Source: Marsupella aquatica (Eukaryota; Plantae; Marchantiophyta). From it: 64,000 bases of DNA. Below are positions 49,930 to 63,261 of this stretch, piece by piece. Below the pieces are notes generated by a model. That model did not search any database and was not told the origin of the DNA. It saw only the letters and a list, made by a program, of their open reading frames with translations. A program made the position numbers and the translations under genes. Location of the stretch: positions 372,001 through 436,000 of the forward strand of contig OZ316897.1 in NCBI GenBank assembly GCA_973895155.1. The letters run 5' to 3'. How positions within the stretch are numbered: position 1 is the first letter of the stretch; each line of letters starts with the position of its first letter.

Positions 49930-51850
49930 GTTGTAGATATTTGTGAATACAAACAATAAATCTTTTGCTCAATTATTTGTCAATCTATTGTGACTTGCCA
50001 AATGTATGAATCCATATGAATTCCAATTTTGTTCACACTACTAATGCGCACAGTTTTTGGTGCAAGATTTTTCTAGCTATAATTCTCAAATCCTTAATAT
50101 AATCAACACCATAAAAAAGCCACCACTCTCTTGGAGTGACCTTAACTATACTTGATTGGGCTCCTCTGACCAATAGTGTTGCATTTTGGCAAATTCTTTT
50201 GCGTCTCAATTGCTTGCATTTGGATGGCAAAAATGAGTGCATCGATCTCGCGATCATGGTTGATCCCCTCCTTCACCTGGCTTGTATTTTTCATATCTAG
50301 CAAATTAATGTATTCATTGAAACCTCCAAACAATTATACATTTCCTGCCACATCTTTGTCCTCATCAAAAAACATGTTAGGATTGATATATGCCGCAGCT
50401 AGCATAAATAAGTAGTAAGACATTCTCTTTGATCCATATACACTTTTAGTATCCTTGGTTTCAAGTACCTTAATACCAAATGAACATTCCTCCATGCTTG
50501 CCTTGAGATCAATAATCTCCCTCTTCAAACTCCAATACAACCAAGGTGAGTGCGTTGAATTACCATTGAATTTGGGCAGCATCTTCACCAATGGAAGAAA
50601 GAAGTTCATTGTAGCCGTCACTTGTCAGTCTGAGCCCAAAATGCATCTTCAGTGTTGTATCCACACTTTAAGTTCCTCTACCTTTCCCCTTCAGTTGTCA
50701 TATACCCATCTGATGTTGGTTGCACTGGAAGTCTATCACAATAAGACTTGGTTGCATTTATCATCAATGATCATTTGTTGCAGATGTCCTCTTAGCTCCA
50801 ATGCTCTTTGTGCCATTAGAAAATTGGTCGCAAATCTCTTTGCATTTGGATTTAATAGTTTTTTGTAAGAAGATTTTCTCACAAATATTGCAGAAAATTT
50901 TTGCGATAATGAAATTGATTTTACTATTCACCTCAAGTGTTTAAAAATAGGTTTGAATGGATTTCGTTCGCTCTCATCTACCACAATTTTCTAATGACCA
51001 CACAATCATGTCTTCTAGCAACAAATTAAACACGGGGGCAGCACGCCAACTCCAAGTCTCGGGGGTCTCATTATAATTATGGAGGTCTCCCCATCACCTA
51101 CGACGTTTTTAGGCTTGGACCCCTTAAAATGTAAGAAAAATATTTTTTAACCCTTGTAAAGTTAGAATATTCATAGAATATTCCAAAAAATTGGTTAGAA
51201 GGACCCTATTATTTTTATAAGTATCAAAATTGGATTTAAAAACCCTATTGTTTTTCTGCAAAAATTCTTAAGTGAAACATTTGAAACAATAAAATGACCC
51301 TATCCTTTGTCGCAGGCCCGGTCGCACGTAATGTGCCATTTTTGTGGGAAGTGAAACCCCCGAGCTCCAATTGACATGTGGACATTTTTTTCATTACTAT
51401 CTCACAACATGCTACGTGATTTTCAAACGCACCATCAGTTACAATTTGTATGATGTGATATGCACCAATTTCATCGATATATTTCAGCCACATCTCGATC
51501 TTCAAGATATTTTCTATCTTTCCTATCAGCTTGTGTAACATTCCAACTATCCAAAAAAAATCTCCTTTAGAATTCACAACATGACATTCATCAATATTCT
51601 CTACGGTGGTTTTCCCATCCATCTGATGAAAGAGAGTATCCAAAAGGCCGTGCCTCCTTCACAATTTTTGTCATGTATATTGTGAGATCTTCCTTAGCCT
51701 CCTCCAACAACTTCACTTGCAAGTTTCACGTAATGTTTGAATTATCACAACCTGAGCCGAAGTTCCAAGATTGCACACCAAAGTTTTCTGATCTCTCATA
51801 CTTGCCTACATTCCTACTTTGTCCTAAGTAAAACTTAACAACCATTTATC
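49930..51850 (-). mobile_element. Decayed hAT transposase (DUF659 and C-terminal dimerisation regions)
   Basis: YIDEIGAYHIIQIVTDGA, PHVNW..AA.VFNLLLEDM (after removing the insert), AAAYINP, EWWLFYG...LRIIARKILHQ...EQNWNSY...NRL, with many stops. Confidence 0.8.
51058..51364. mobile_element. 307-bp MITE or non-autonomous element nested in the hAT transposase
   Basis: 13-bp TIR ctcgggggtctca / tgaaacccccgag (1 mismatch) and 8-bp TSD ctccaagt (51050) / ctccaatt (51365). Removing it restores the hAT reading frame. Confidence 0.8.
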
Positions 51851-52660
51851 TATCTGCTTGTACTACTTCAATCTGAGTCTACTCTAAATCCATTTCAAGA
51901 TCTAGATTGAATATTAATATTGTCATGTTAAGATTCATCATCTTATGATCTGGAATTGTCATTTTCAGACTTAGAATCCACATGGGGTTCTTTTCTTAGT
52001 GTTTTAATTGACTTTCCAGAAATTTTTAATGCAAATAAGTCTTACTATTGGAAAAATTTATACTTTTTACAAGTTAAGTTACACACATGAATTCAAAGTT
52101 CATCACACACTATCTCACCAAATCTCACTAAAAATCTCACTAAATTATGGTGATATCCTTCAAAAACCTTTGTTCCTAGATATTGTGTGTGAGACTTATT
52201 ACGGTAATCAATGTAGTTCAAATTTAGCCTGAAAGACATTCTAGGTGTGAAGACAAGGGCAAACAATAAGTGAGCAAAAGAGAACAGAGAGGACAAACAC
52301 CAAACTCATAAGAAAGGGCACATGCTTGGGCACATGCTAACCCCATAACCCTAGAAGAGCAAAACATAAGGGGTACATGTACCACTACAATAGTTGAGAC
52401 CAAGGTAGCCTGATTACCCATTCCTTGAACTTGAGACAAAATAATATTTCTTATTATCTCCCTTTTATCTTTGCCCCCATCCCTGTTGTCTGTACGCACT
52501 TTCAGTTATCCCTTATAGTCATTGTCGGGAGGCTTTGCTCTAGATAGTAGCCTTGAACAGTAGGTGCGATAGCGCTTTATGAGTAAGATTAAGCCCCAAA
52601 GATACCTTAGGTGTGAGGAAGAAGAAAGAACAATTTTGAGAACTTTCCCCGTATAAAGTA

Positions 52661-53042
52661 GCAAAGTGGAAACTCTGATGGACACATGTGTTCAACTGAA
52701 TGCTGGGATAGACACCCAAAACTCTGACAAACACAAATCAGATGCCTAAATTTACTTGCATAGCATGTTTTATACTTATGCTCCAAAGATGAGATGTAAA
52801 CATGCATTTGACCGGCAATAAAGGATTTTCAATGAATTCCTGTTTACACCGGCCTAGTACTGGCCCTTCTTTCTCCTTCAGCTGAAAGAGTTGGGTTCCC
52901 TAACTTGGTTATGACAGATACACCACATACACTTCCATATCATGACACTATAAGATTCCCAGAGTATTGTGACATGGTAAAATTCTTGAGTCTATCTGAG
53001 TAAAAGTGTCAAATGTTTGTGTCCATCTGAGCTTCCACTTTG
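52661..53042. repeat. Possible MITE bounded by ~25-bp inverted repeats
   Basis: caaagtggaaactctgatggacaca versus tgtgtccatctgagcttccactttg. No TSD found. Confidence 0.45.
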
Positions 53043-53996
53043 TGAAGAGATGAAAGGCCAGATTTACTGAAAATGTGTGTAGAAGAAAAATAACAAAATT
53101 ACCAAAAAGGTAGAAAGAAGCCTTGAGTGGATTAGTAGAACCCTAGTACACACTAACCAAACATTAAATTCTTAAAGTCCCCCTTGCATTACTTCCCAGC
53201 CTGCCTTCTTAACTGGTTTGGGTAAGCCACACAAGTGATTTCAGGAGAGTTTCTTGCATTGGTAAGCGATTCAGATATATTTTGATAACTATATGTATGA
53301 ATCAACTAGTGAATAAACTAGAGAGTTTGTTATCTTCAAAATAAGAAACTCAAGTTGGGATGAGTCCACCCAAGCACTGGTGTGACAGTTGGTTCCTTTT
53401 CTGGGCAATTGCAAAGTCCTACCGGGAAAGAGAGCAAAAACACACGATCCATGTTAGCTAGTAACTCGTTGCTACTTGGTACACATTAAGTGATCATGGG
53501 CTAAAGTTGAACACATTTGGATTCTGACAGATCCAATGCTATTGATCTTGTATTTCAGTTCAATGTATCATTGTTTAAATTATATTTTTGGTTGTTTTCT
53601 TCGAATGCTGTTACTACCACATGTCCCCACCTCCAAAGCAGTGCTCATGTTGCACATAAAAAAGTGCGGAATCGTGTAAAATTATTTGTGATCGCGGTTT
53701 CCAACCATGTGATATCATATCCAGAACAACGCCCAGCATGAACCATTTGGAGCATTTGAAATGGAATCTTTGGTTGCTTTGGAATGAGAATTTCATGCTT
53801 ACAATTTTCTTCATCCTAGAATCCAAGACTTGAAACAATCCTGGTCTCTGAGTAAATGCTAAATCACGTTTTGAATTTGAATTTGGGCGCTTGCTGTGGT
53901 TGTCGAGACTTGTTTTCTGATTGGACTGAGAGTGGTTTCATTACTAACCACTAAACACATGAGTGTCTTTTCATATGCATGATGGTCAATCTAGAC

Positions 53997-56900
53997 TTAC
54001 AATGAATTACTCGAGCTCACAATAGTGTTGGAAAGACCACAGCTGAAGTCAGGTTCGTCAGAGAATTCCACTGAATTTCCCACCTGTGGATTCTCAAGCT
54101 CCAGAAGCATCTGAAGATAATGAAATCCACCAGAAAACTTGTTAGTCCTCAACCTGAAAGTTAGCCTTTCGATACTTCTTGAGCATATAGTTAAGAAATC
54201 TGTCCCGTACAAAGGAACACATAAATTTTGTTGTAGAGGGAGGATCAGAAGACTACCAGTTCATTTCGTCCAGTCAGAAGCAGTGGTGCGGGGAGGTACA
54301 AGCTACATTGTGGGCCCCTCGTCTGCAGCAAGACTTCACCAATTAGTTGTTGAGAAAGCTTTCTTTACAGGTCATTTGAGGTATTTAGGGAGATGGGAGC
54401 CAAACTTTCACCACGCTCACAGCACCATTCCATTGATTCAAAACATCAGCAAAACCAAAGAGTGGAAGTTGCCCTATTCTCCTGAACCGGACTGTTTGCT
54501 GCACTACCATTTCATGCTGACTTCGATGATCTTGGTATTATAGCTAAATGGCTCATCAATAAGTCATCTTGAAATGTGCTGTACCGGCCAATATCGCCCG
54601 AGGTTGAATCCGTTAATGAAAAAGACACCCTTTGACCAACCCCTGAGTGATATGAATGTGTCTGCTGGTTCATCAACATTCAGCCACCCTCTGTAAAACG
54701 ATGGTCCTCCTGCGGTCCTGGGTTCTGCAGCAACTATTGCGATTGCAAACTATTGACGTTAGGGAGTGCATGACGTGGATGGCACGGAGCTACTATATAT
54801 CCAACAAGCAACGGAATCAATAAAGACATTGAGAATCGTTTCGCGTAGCCTTTCGACCTGAAAGCATAACATTGACATACTGATGACTCGATGCACACCA
54901 TCCTTTAAGTGAAAACTACCTTTTATTAAGACCGGTAAGAAGCAATAAGAACCGCTGGACCAATACTGATAATTTGTAGCAAAATTTAGCTGAATCAGTG
55001 AATGGCTTGAAATGATGTTTAATTCAGTCCAAGAAAGCAGTTGAATTACCAGGTTCTCTTTTGAATTCAAGATTTGTGGTCTTCGGTCCTACGTGTGGGT
55101 GATGCCGAACAAGTCCAGAAGCAACATCTTGTACATTTTCAAGTGAAATTGGATAAGCCGTCCAGCCAAGGATTCGGATGCCATCCAAGGATACGCCATT
55201 TGTTATGCCCTGTTCGAGCCCGCAACTGTCAGTTGGTCTAGGTAATGTAGTTTGGGCTATAATCTTGCGGCACAAGTTGATCTTCTTTACAAACCTTTCA
55301 CAAAGTCCAAGTAGAAACAAAAATGTAACGTTGTGATGCACGGATGTAAAATCTATCTGGAGAGCGATAGGGGCTCAACTTCTTCATCATAGTCTACGGC
55401 GTACTGCAAAATTTCTTGTCTTTCAAAGAGCACTACTGCATGCTCTTAATAGACTGGTGTGGAACAAAGACCACAATATTTCCCCTTCCACACTAAGACA
55501 TAAATACTCACGGGATTATTACGAAAGAAACTATTCACTGCTGGCGGCTCCCTAAATATATGTTATCACATCTATGACCGGTAATTTTATCTCTTTGGAA
55601 CATTTTAATGCTGCCCCTTGAAAACAACTCACGACCAATAGCTCCGTCTGTTAAACTCAGGAAGTCATAAGGAGACTAGCAGTACCTTCTGATCGTAGAT
55701 GAAAGGGCCATAGTTTACTCGGCCCAGATTTTCAACCTGCAAAGAACATCTTACCCACGCTCCCGATCATCGAAAGAAAGTATTTACTTGAATTTCTTCT
55801 CAACTAAGCTTTCAACAGGCCAGCACTTTAACTTACTTGGAACATTGATTATGTCTGGTTCAGACACACATTGAGGAATCAGACGGGGCACAATTTCTTC
55901 TGATATAATTAGAAGAATGTGATGTTTCGTAATTACAAAACACACATGCACTGTTCTAACGCCAGAGTTTCATGCATGACAGATACAGATAGCATCACAG
56001 CACATTTACGAAGCCGGGGAGAAACCGCATGATTTTATTTTTTACTTTGAAGGGATGAAATGGAGTACTGAAGATGCACCTTGCGTGATTGCGAGCATTA
56101 CCAGAATATCAAGTTGCAACCCAGGAAATGCAGCAGCAGCGGGTAGCTGCAGCGAACAACTAGACCACCGCTCTAGGGTGCCAATATGCATGTTCTTCGG
56201 GACAGTAGCTTGATCACCTCCTATGCAAATTGTGGGTAGCGGAGCGACAAAAACCTGTGCCCTATCATGCACCTGCAATTGGAACAAGTCACAGTGATGC
56301 ACCGTGTACGAACAGCTGATCATGGCTTTAAGAGAAAATCTGATCAGCACCTACATGGCACAACTAGGAGACATATGCATCGTAGTAAAGGTGTAAACTA
56401 TACTTTTTCTGGTAATTTTTCCACAGCCCAAGCAGTCAGTCTCAGCGTAATGTATGATTGTAGTTCACTCGTAGATGTTCCTTGAAGACTTCAGTCAATT
56501 TGCATGAGACATTTCACTAACCTCCGAGATTAAGAGCTTGCTGCCTGCTTTTGTGTGTGCCGGCAATGTCGATCTGTACAAAATAAATCCTGAAGCCTGC
56601 GGTAAATATGATCAGATGCAGATATTCCAGAAATTTCTGCAGTTTGACGAACTATTCCAGTATCTCTTTCATGGTTTCTACTGTGTTTTGGGAGGGCAGG
56701 GGAGACTTTCACCGTCTTCTGCAGATAGAACTGGGGGGACCGTGGAAGTGTTGGGAAGGGGGTGCATGAATGGCTTCAAATAGCCATGAATACGATAGAA
56801 CAATTTCGATTGGAAGGTAAGAATCCAATACCTGACTTATTAGCTCCATTGGTACGGGCTGCTCCATTGTTATTCCATTTCGAGGTTTCGAGACAGATTG

Positions 56901-59900
56901 CAGAACATCAAATAGAGATGATAACTTCTGAAGCTCCACAATTCCGTATGCTTTTCTTTCCGGTAGTGGGGGTGGATCAGGAAGCAAACTTGAGACGTGC
57001 TTGGACAGAACCGCCCTCATAGCTGCCTCATCTCACACCCGAGTGCATGGGATCAGTGACGAAAAGATCAAAAGTTGTGTTGAAGAGCCTACCTGGGAAA
57101 GTCATCGATACATCATGTGATTTGCACCAAAGGACACACTCAAGAATTTACAGTGACCAGCCTGAACCTTGTGAACACTATGTGAAGAACAACGAGCGTG
57201 AAGGCGGAGAAGACCCAGTTTTTCGACTTCGCACAATATTGCCATCCACGAGCGAGGAGCAGGCACGACTGTCACGATAAAACGACAGTGGCGTTCCTAA
57301 CTAGGTGTACTTCATGGCCTGCAAAGCACATTGTGACTAGTACGTACCTATCACTTACAAGACGAATACAGTAAGGCTTCTTACACTTTGTACCTTTAAA
57401 TTTTGCACCATCGCAATTGCCAGCCTCGCCTATTGGTGCATCCTGCGCTCAGAACACTGAACAATGTTGATCGAGAAGAAAAATGTTGGTCGAGTAGAAT
57501 CTGACGTACTTCATCGAATTGAGTCTCAGATGAAGCGGAATAGCCAGTTCAGCTCCATTCGATAGAAACTTAGCCATTTTGATATACAATGAGAATACTT
57601 ACATAGTCATACGAGGTAATATCAGGCTGGAACTCATATTGCGTGCTACCAGTATTTGCGCCACTGCTGAATCCAAAATTAGTTCCGCCATGTACCATCT
57701 GAGGAGAGAAAGTACATAGTCAAGACCGACCAGAAATAGGTCGCTGCATATTCTTAGAGAAGAATAGGAGCAAGAGACAAGGACATCAGAGAGGTGCCAT
57801 TGATGACGAATGTGCTTCAACAAGGGGCGTCTGATAAGGAACGGTGAAGGCACGCAGAAAGAGTGACAATGTTTTATGTACTCACATAAAGTACAACTGA
57901 CGCGTTGAGATCAAGTAATCGTTCCAAAGATGCTGCTACGTAATCAGGATCAGTCTTAGCTAAGGGTTCACCCCAATGAGTCAGCCACCCTGTGTAGAAT
58001 TCACTGCCACGGCATGGATCTCCATCATATCTCACAAACAGGATGCCTTGAACTAGCCAGCTGCACGCCCCCAATCTTTCAAGAAAATGCCAACAACTAC
58101 CAATCATGGCATGCGAAACGCTGTCGAGAGCAACCGGATAAATTTGTTACCTTGACATAGGTGGTGATTTTCCTGGAACGTTGAAAAGCTTCTGGAGTCG
58201 GAATGCTTCTGCTGCATCCCATTCCACGGGAAAGTCCACCGCTGCCAAATTGATTCGAAGAATATAATATGTGTTAATTTAGTAGTCCCAGTGATCTCAC
58301 TCTCCGTATAAAATTCAAGACTCCCAGAAGGCATCAGTTTAGAAAAGAGGTTTACATTAGCTTGAGTAGGTGATGAATCATCTCGACGAGTCATCAACTA
58401 GTCTTGACTCACAGTAATAAGTCTCGATCATTGCATTGAGGCATTGATGCGAGGTACCCCCTACTCAATAATTAGAATCTTACTTCGAGGACTCTCCCAC
58501 AAGAGACACAACATGGGACCCTCGGTAAGACCCAACACATCTACAAGATAATATAGGCATCTTTGAAAGTTTTTTTAGGGGGACCAAAAGTAATTTTTGA
58601 GAACGTTTCCAGTCTCGAGATATGAAGATGTTGTAAAGACATCTACTTACAAGTATAGATATTATTTCCGCTGAGGCTCCCACGGTGCAAGCTCTCCAAA
58701 GAAGCTCCATCAGTTGTATACCTGGCAGAAACCAGAAAGCCAACAAACCATGAGGGATCCTGCTCTTTATTGCCCTTGGTTGATGTCTATGTCTCAGAGC
58801 ATTTACCAAGGACACCCAACAAATATGCAAGCTAGAAACGGAGAAGATCACATTGCAACCACCCCATTCCTTCTGGAAAGGTAAACTTAATTTGTTCCTT
58901 TTTAGGAATCCAGAATGGATCTGTGGCCCGTGGGTTCCAATTTTCTGCTAAATAGGCCTGTGTCATTCATTTGAGGTTTGGCTAATTTTAAGGCAATCTA
59001 AATTTAGAGCCAACTCTGTTGATGGGTGAAACGGTAAGAACAAGTGAGAGTCCGGAACCTTTCCAAGATCTACTTTGTCATCTCTCCAGGGGATCCGAGA
59101 GTCAAGACGAGCACCACCCCTGATCAACAGTTTGTATATATGCTCAGCCACCACATCATATTCATAAATAGTTCTTCAGCAGCATCCTTCCGGTTCTACT
59201 GTGCATTGTGTACCTCTCGGCACCGTGACAAGTGTGGGGATCTTGTAAGAGTTGCAGAGCATCTCTCGTGTATTATGGTCTTTCACTCTGAGAGTCCTAG
59301 TTGACAACATGCATACAGATGATATGTGCGTGCTGGCGGCACAATGTATCACAAGTACCACCAGAGGGGTCAGAGACTCACAAAATGGCATCTCCAAGAT
59401 GGGCCCTAGCCTTGGCAGCAAGATGTTCCATGTAGGCTTTGTCGGCACCAAATGATCCATACTCATTCTCTACCTGCACGGTTAGGCAAACGTCTCATGA
59501 AATTCTTGTGGATCCCTATGTGTCAATACGACATATCAAATTGAAGTGGTTACAACAGGCTGGATACCAAATCACGGCAGACTCCCAGCTTAGATTTAAA
59601 CGTAGAATCATGTTCAAAGGAAAAAATTAAACTTTCAGCAACTAAACGTGTGGAGTGGCAAAACCGGACTGACCAACAAATAAAATAGCAGCAAACCTTG
59701 ATATTGGAGTATCTTCAAGAGTAGCATATTGTATCAGGGCATAAACTCCTACAAAATGCATAGATCTGAAGCCGTTTGTTTACCTGCACCATAATAATCG
59801 GTCCTCCTTGCATGTAGAGGAAGGGAAATATTCTTGGGAGTAAGATATCCCACCAATTGTCAACCTACATGATCAAAAACCAGGGACAAAATCAGATATC

Positions 59901-61376
59901 TCAAACAGGAGGTTAAACTTGTCCGATACAAACTGAAAGTAAACTGAGAAGCCTAGGGTTGGTACCAGGCTAAGATACTTAGTATCTGAACTCCGTAAAC
60001 TCAGAGGAGGCTCCACAGCCAGCAACCAGGCGGGAAAGCCCCCGAAGTCCCATTCTGTATACATTCCAGAGGACCTGTGGAGTTAGTATTGAACCTTACG
60101 AAGCTTCAGGATGCAGCAAGTACCGCCTATTAGTTGCAGAGATTGAGAAGACCAAAATTTTTTCAAAGGTTCACGGGACAGAAGAATCAGCGATGCAGAT
60201 CAAAGAGATCTAAAAGCAACGAATCATCCATATCGATAACCTCTTGATCCCTCTCCTCTATAATGATGGAACAGGACTCTCAAATAAGTTTTCCAAAGTT
60301 AGTACCTCCGCAGATGTAGGGTCCAGGACGAAGCATCACCAGCAAATCTAACCGTTGGGCAAGCTTCAAGAATCCCTCGAGATCAGCAGTCGTATTCTTT
60401 TCAAAATTAAGCCGATCTGCCTGTGGCTGATGCAAATTCCAAGGGACATATGTCTGTACTACATTTAAGCCCAAGGCTTTTACCCTCAGTAGCCTGTCCT
60501 CCCAGTACTGCAAAAATAGTGACGAAAAAAAGTGGACCTCTGTTAATTAAAGTCCATTGTGGGAGATCCACATTGACGCAGCTCGAGCCAGACTATCCAC
60601 GGCCACGTTCCTTGGATCCAAAGCTCAGATTATTGGCCTCGTCCATAGGAAATCTCCTTGTTACTGTTGCTCTAGAGTTGATATCAAACTGGTTACCTCC
60701 TTGAAAATTGTTGACTAGATAGTGAAGAGGAAAGCCTTGCTTACCTGCGGAGGAATTCTGAAGTAGTGGATAGATCCACCCAGAATCCTGAAGGGGGCCC
60801 CATCTTTGTAGAACTGATCATTGTCGATAATGAAAGTCCTCTCATTTGCGGCTAACCTCCTGTCCTGCAAGAAATGGAGACAAGAAATCGGACTTTTTAT
60901 CCAAGTAGAGTAAATCCTCTGGCAGCAAGCAAGCGCTACCTCATCAAGTTCTTTCCCCAAATCTAATTCGAAAACCATTCATCATGGCCAAAGCCTTAGA
61001 GCAATACTGTAATTCAGAATGCGAAGTTAAAACAAAATCTAGATTTCCAGTATGCTGGCCCAGTAACACAGGAGCATACAAGGCCAAAGGAAGTCTAGAT
61101 AAAAGAAGATCTCGCTTCACATTATGGCAAAAAAAAACCGTTCGTCGGACCTTCACATTGTTTGGCACGTCTGGAGAGATATTCCGACGCCGATTACGAT
61201 TTGACAAGATGACATTGCAAGAGAAAATTGAAACGAACACTAATGTCAAGCCAATTGGTTTGTCATCACTCTGATTGAACTGGAATTGATGGACCCACCT
61301 GAAAAGAAAGTGCAGCAAAGCTGAGGACGAGCAGAAACAGCTGCAGCAGCGTTGTCTGTCCGGTCGCCGTCACCAT
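53997..61376 (-). CDS. Glycoside hydrolase family 35 beta-galactosidase (BGAL17/GLB1-type), multi-exon, with signal peptide
   Basis: Exons encode MVTATGQTTLLQLFLLVLSFAALSFQ (61376-61299), GGSIHYFRIP (60864-60745), YWEDRL...QTYVPWNLH...LRPGPYICG, EWDFGGFPAWL, GGPIIMVQ|VENEYGS, YTTDG, EFYTGWLTHWGE, MVHGGTNFGF...TSYDY|DAPI, VHDRAQVF, ENLGRVNYG and GWSKGVFFINGFNLGRYWP. The last exon ends at 53997. Not every internal boundary was resolved. Confidence 0.93.
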
Positions 61377-62646
61377 CTTCTACTGCTGCTTCTTCCTGGC
61401 TTTTGGAGGTGGGCATGCGCCTCTGTTCAATTCCCAGAGCAGGAGCAAGGTGATTACACTGGAGCTGTGATCTCTATTCTCCCTGCAAAATGTAGCGAAT
61501 GGCACCTTCCATCTTCACTGCGCTGCGCTGCGAGCTGCTAATAGGAAAACGCTGCCATACTCCTCCCAGAAAGCCCACTTGACGGAGAGAGGACAGATTC
61601 TTCGGCTAAGCAACTCCAGCAAATCTTTCGTGTTCTGTAGGCCGTGGAAACCCTTTCATTAGGCATGTTGAATCTAATTGGGTTCAAATAGTCACACGCC
61701 AAAGCAATATCTCCAGTGAGCAGCTACACTTCCACCGCAATTAGTGTGAGAGAACAATTAGAGTGACACCAATATTAGAGTGACTCGCACTAATTTATGT
61801 GAATTCTGTTTTCCATCAGGAATCACACTAATTAGGTCTGTTAAGTCACCAGAAATTTATCAAGAAAAATCTAATCGATTGATCTAAAGCGCAATCCTGT
61901 GTACGATTCCCAAACTGTTAGAAACTGCACCATAAGACTGTCTGATGTGAAATGACAACAGGGTCTTCTTCAATTTTGTTGAAAGGCTTGCCAAACAAAA
62001 ACTAAGGGGAGGGGGAGGAACTTCATAATCACGATTCTGAAATTTTGACATCCAGGAGACTAAAGAAATATCGTACTTAGAAACTACAAAGTCATGAAAA
62101 GTTTCAGAGGACAGAATGTCGGCCATAATTGGGGAAAAACGGACCTAAATTTTTCTAAACCTTATCACGATTGTCCTGATATTGTACAGATTTGTGAGGC
62201 AAGAATTCGCAAACATAGCGGAAGAGCAAGATGGATTCAAAGAAACTAGCGAGGATGAGCAAGCCGACATTCAACACCCGTTTTAAATGATCGTTGCTCA
62301 ATCCGGGTTAAGCTATGGAGGACCAGGGCAGCACTTCCAGGAACTCTCCAGGGATACGAAAGTTGTCAGAGGAAGGATAGACCAATGTGAACAAGCGGAG
62401 GATGCTGGTATCACCAGTCAAATCTTCGACCTGAATGGTGATACTCTTGGACATTCCACTCGCATGAGAAGTCATTGAGACAATTATAATTACAGTCGTA
62501 CAAGAATAATATTTACAAGGACAATTCCGATCCATGGCATATCGCCGCAAGAGCAATCATTCTACCCACTTTATTTCCAACCCTTTGAGTCCCTCAAACA
62601 GCGATCCATGAATTAATTCGAGATCCTCTCCCTCGATCGCCCAAAT

Positions 62647-63261
62647 CTAGCCCCATTTCCTCTCACTAACCCCAATCCATTCACCCCAACCCAAAACCTT
62701 CCCCTCCAGCTCCTTCGCCAATTCGTTCTTCTTCGCAACGGAACTCAGCCTACTCCCATCGAGCTTCTCCCCCAGTGCCACGACCATGAAAAAATAGTTA
62801 TGTGGCCCGTGCCCCTTCATGGCCCTCGGGCCGTCATACACCGTGCCGTTGAAATTAGCCCCGTACAAGAAGCCCCCCTTCAGCTGCGTCCCTTCCGGCT
62901 TCTTCCTCGTCCCTTTTATGGGATCGAAATCCTCGTCTTGGACACTGGTCTTTGACGCCGGGATGCCATAGAAGATGCCGTGTCCGAGGGGGCTGGGGAT
63001 CGGCGCGTCGACGTCTTGGACGATGAGCATGTATTCTTGGGCATCAGGAACGGGTGACCAGGAGAAGGAAGGGAAGAGGTTTGCACCTTCTTGCGTGTGG
63101 TCGATGGACATCAGGGAGCCGGAGGGGCCGCAGTCCGAGGAGGTCACGGTGATGGTGGGGGACGAAAACGATGTGAAGGCGGGTCCTTTGGTGAAGCGGC
63201 CAGCTTCATGGCCCTTCACGTTTGCGAGGAGTTTCGCAAAGATGAGCTCGACGTAGTCCAT
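62647..63261 (-). CDS. Intronless PEBP/YbhB-YbcL (Raf kinase inhibitor-like) protein of fungal type, 204 aa
   Basis: TITVTSSDCG, FPSFSW, EYMLIVQDVDAP, HGIFYGIP, YDGPR..GHGPHNYFFMVVAL and GWGEWIG.SERKW. Single exon, visibly GC-richer than its flanks. Confidence 0.88.
   Translation of the reverse strand: MDYVELIFAKLLANVKGHEAGRFTKGPAFTSFSSPTITVTSSDCGPSGSLMSIDHTQEGANLFPSFSWSPVPDAQEYMLIVQDVDAPIPSPLGHGIFYGIPASKTSVQDEDFDPIKGTRKKPEGTQLKGGFLYGANFNGTVYDGPRAMKGHGPHNYFFMVVALGEKLDGSRLSSVAKKNELAKELEGKVLGWGEWIGVSERKWG

Noticed and set aside
45995-51330. taggtgcga / tcgcacgta as TIRs of one large hAT element
   Set aside because: The right-hand match lies inside the 307-bp MITE, hAT coding sequence continues beyond it, and there is no TSD.
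62160-62556. Possible gene fragment between the beta-galactosidase and PEBP genes
   Set aside because: Short frames with stops and no motif I could recognise.
62647-63261. PEBP gene as an FT/TFL1/MFT florigen-family member
   Set aside because: It lacks the four-exon structure and the DPDxPxPS/GIHR context, and matches the YbhB/YbcL-type layout instead.
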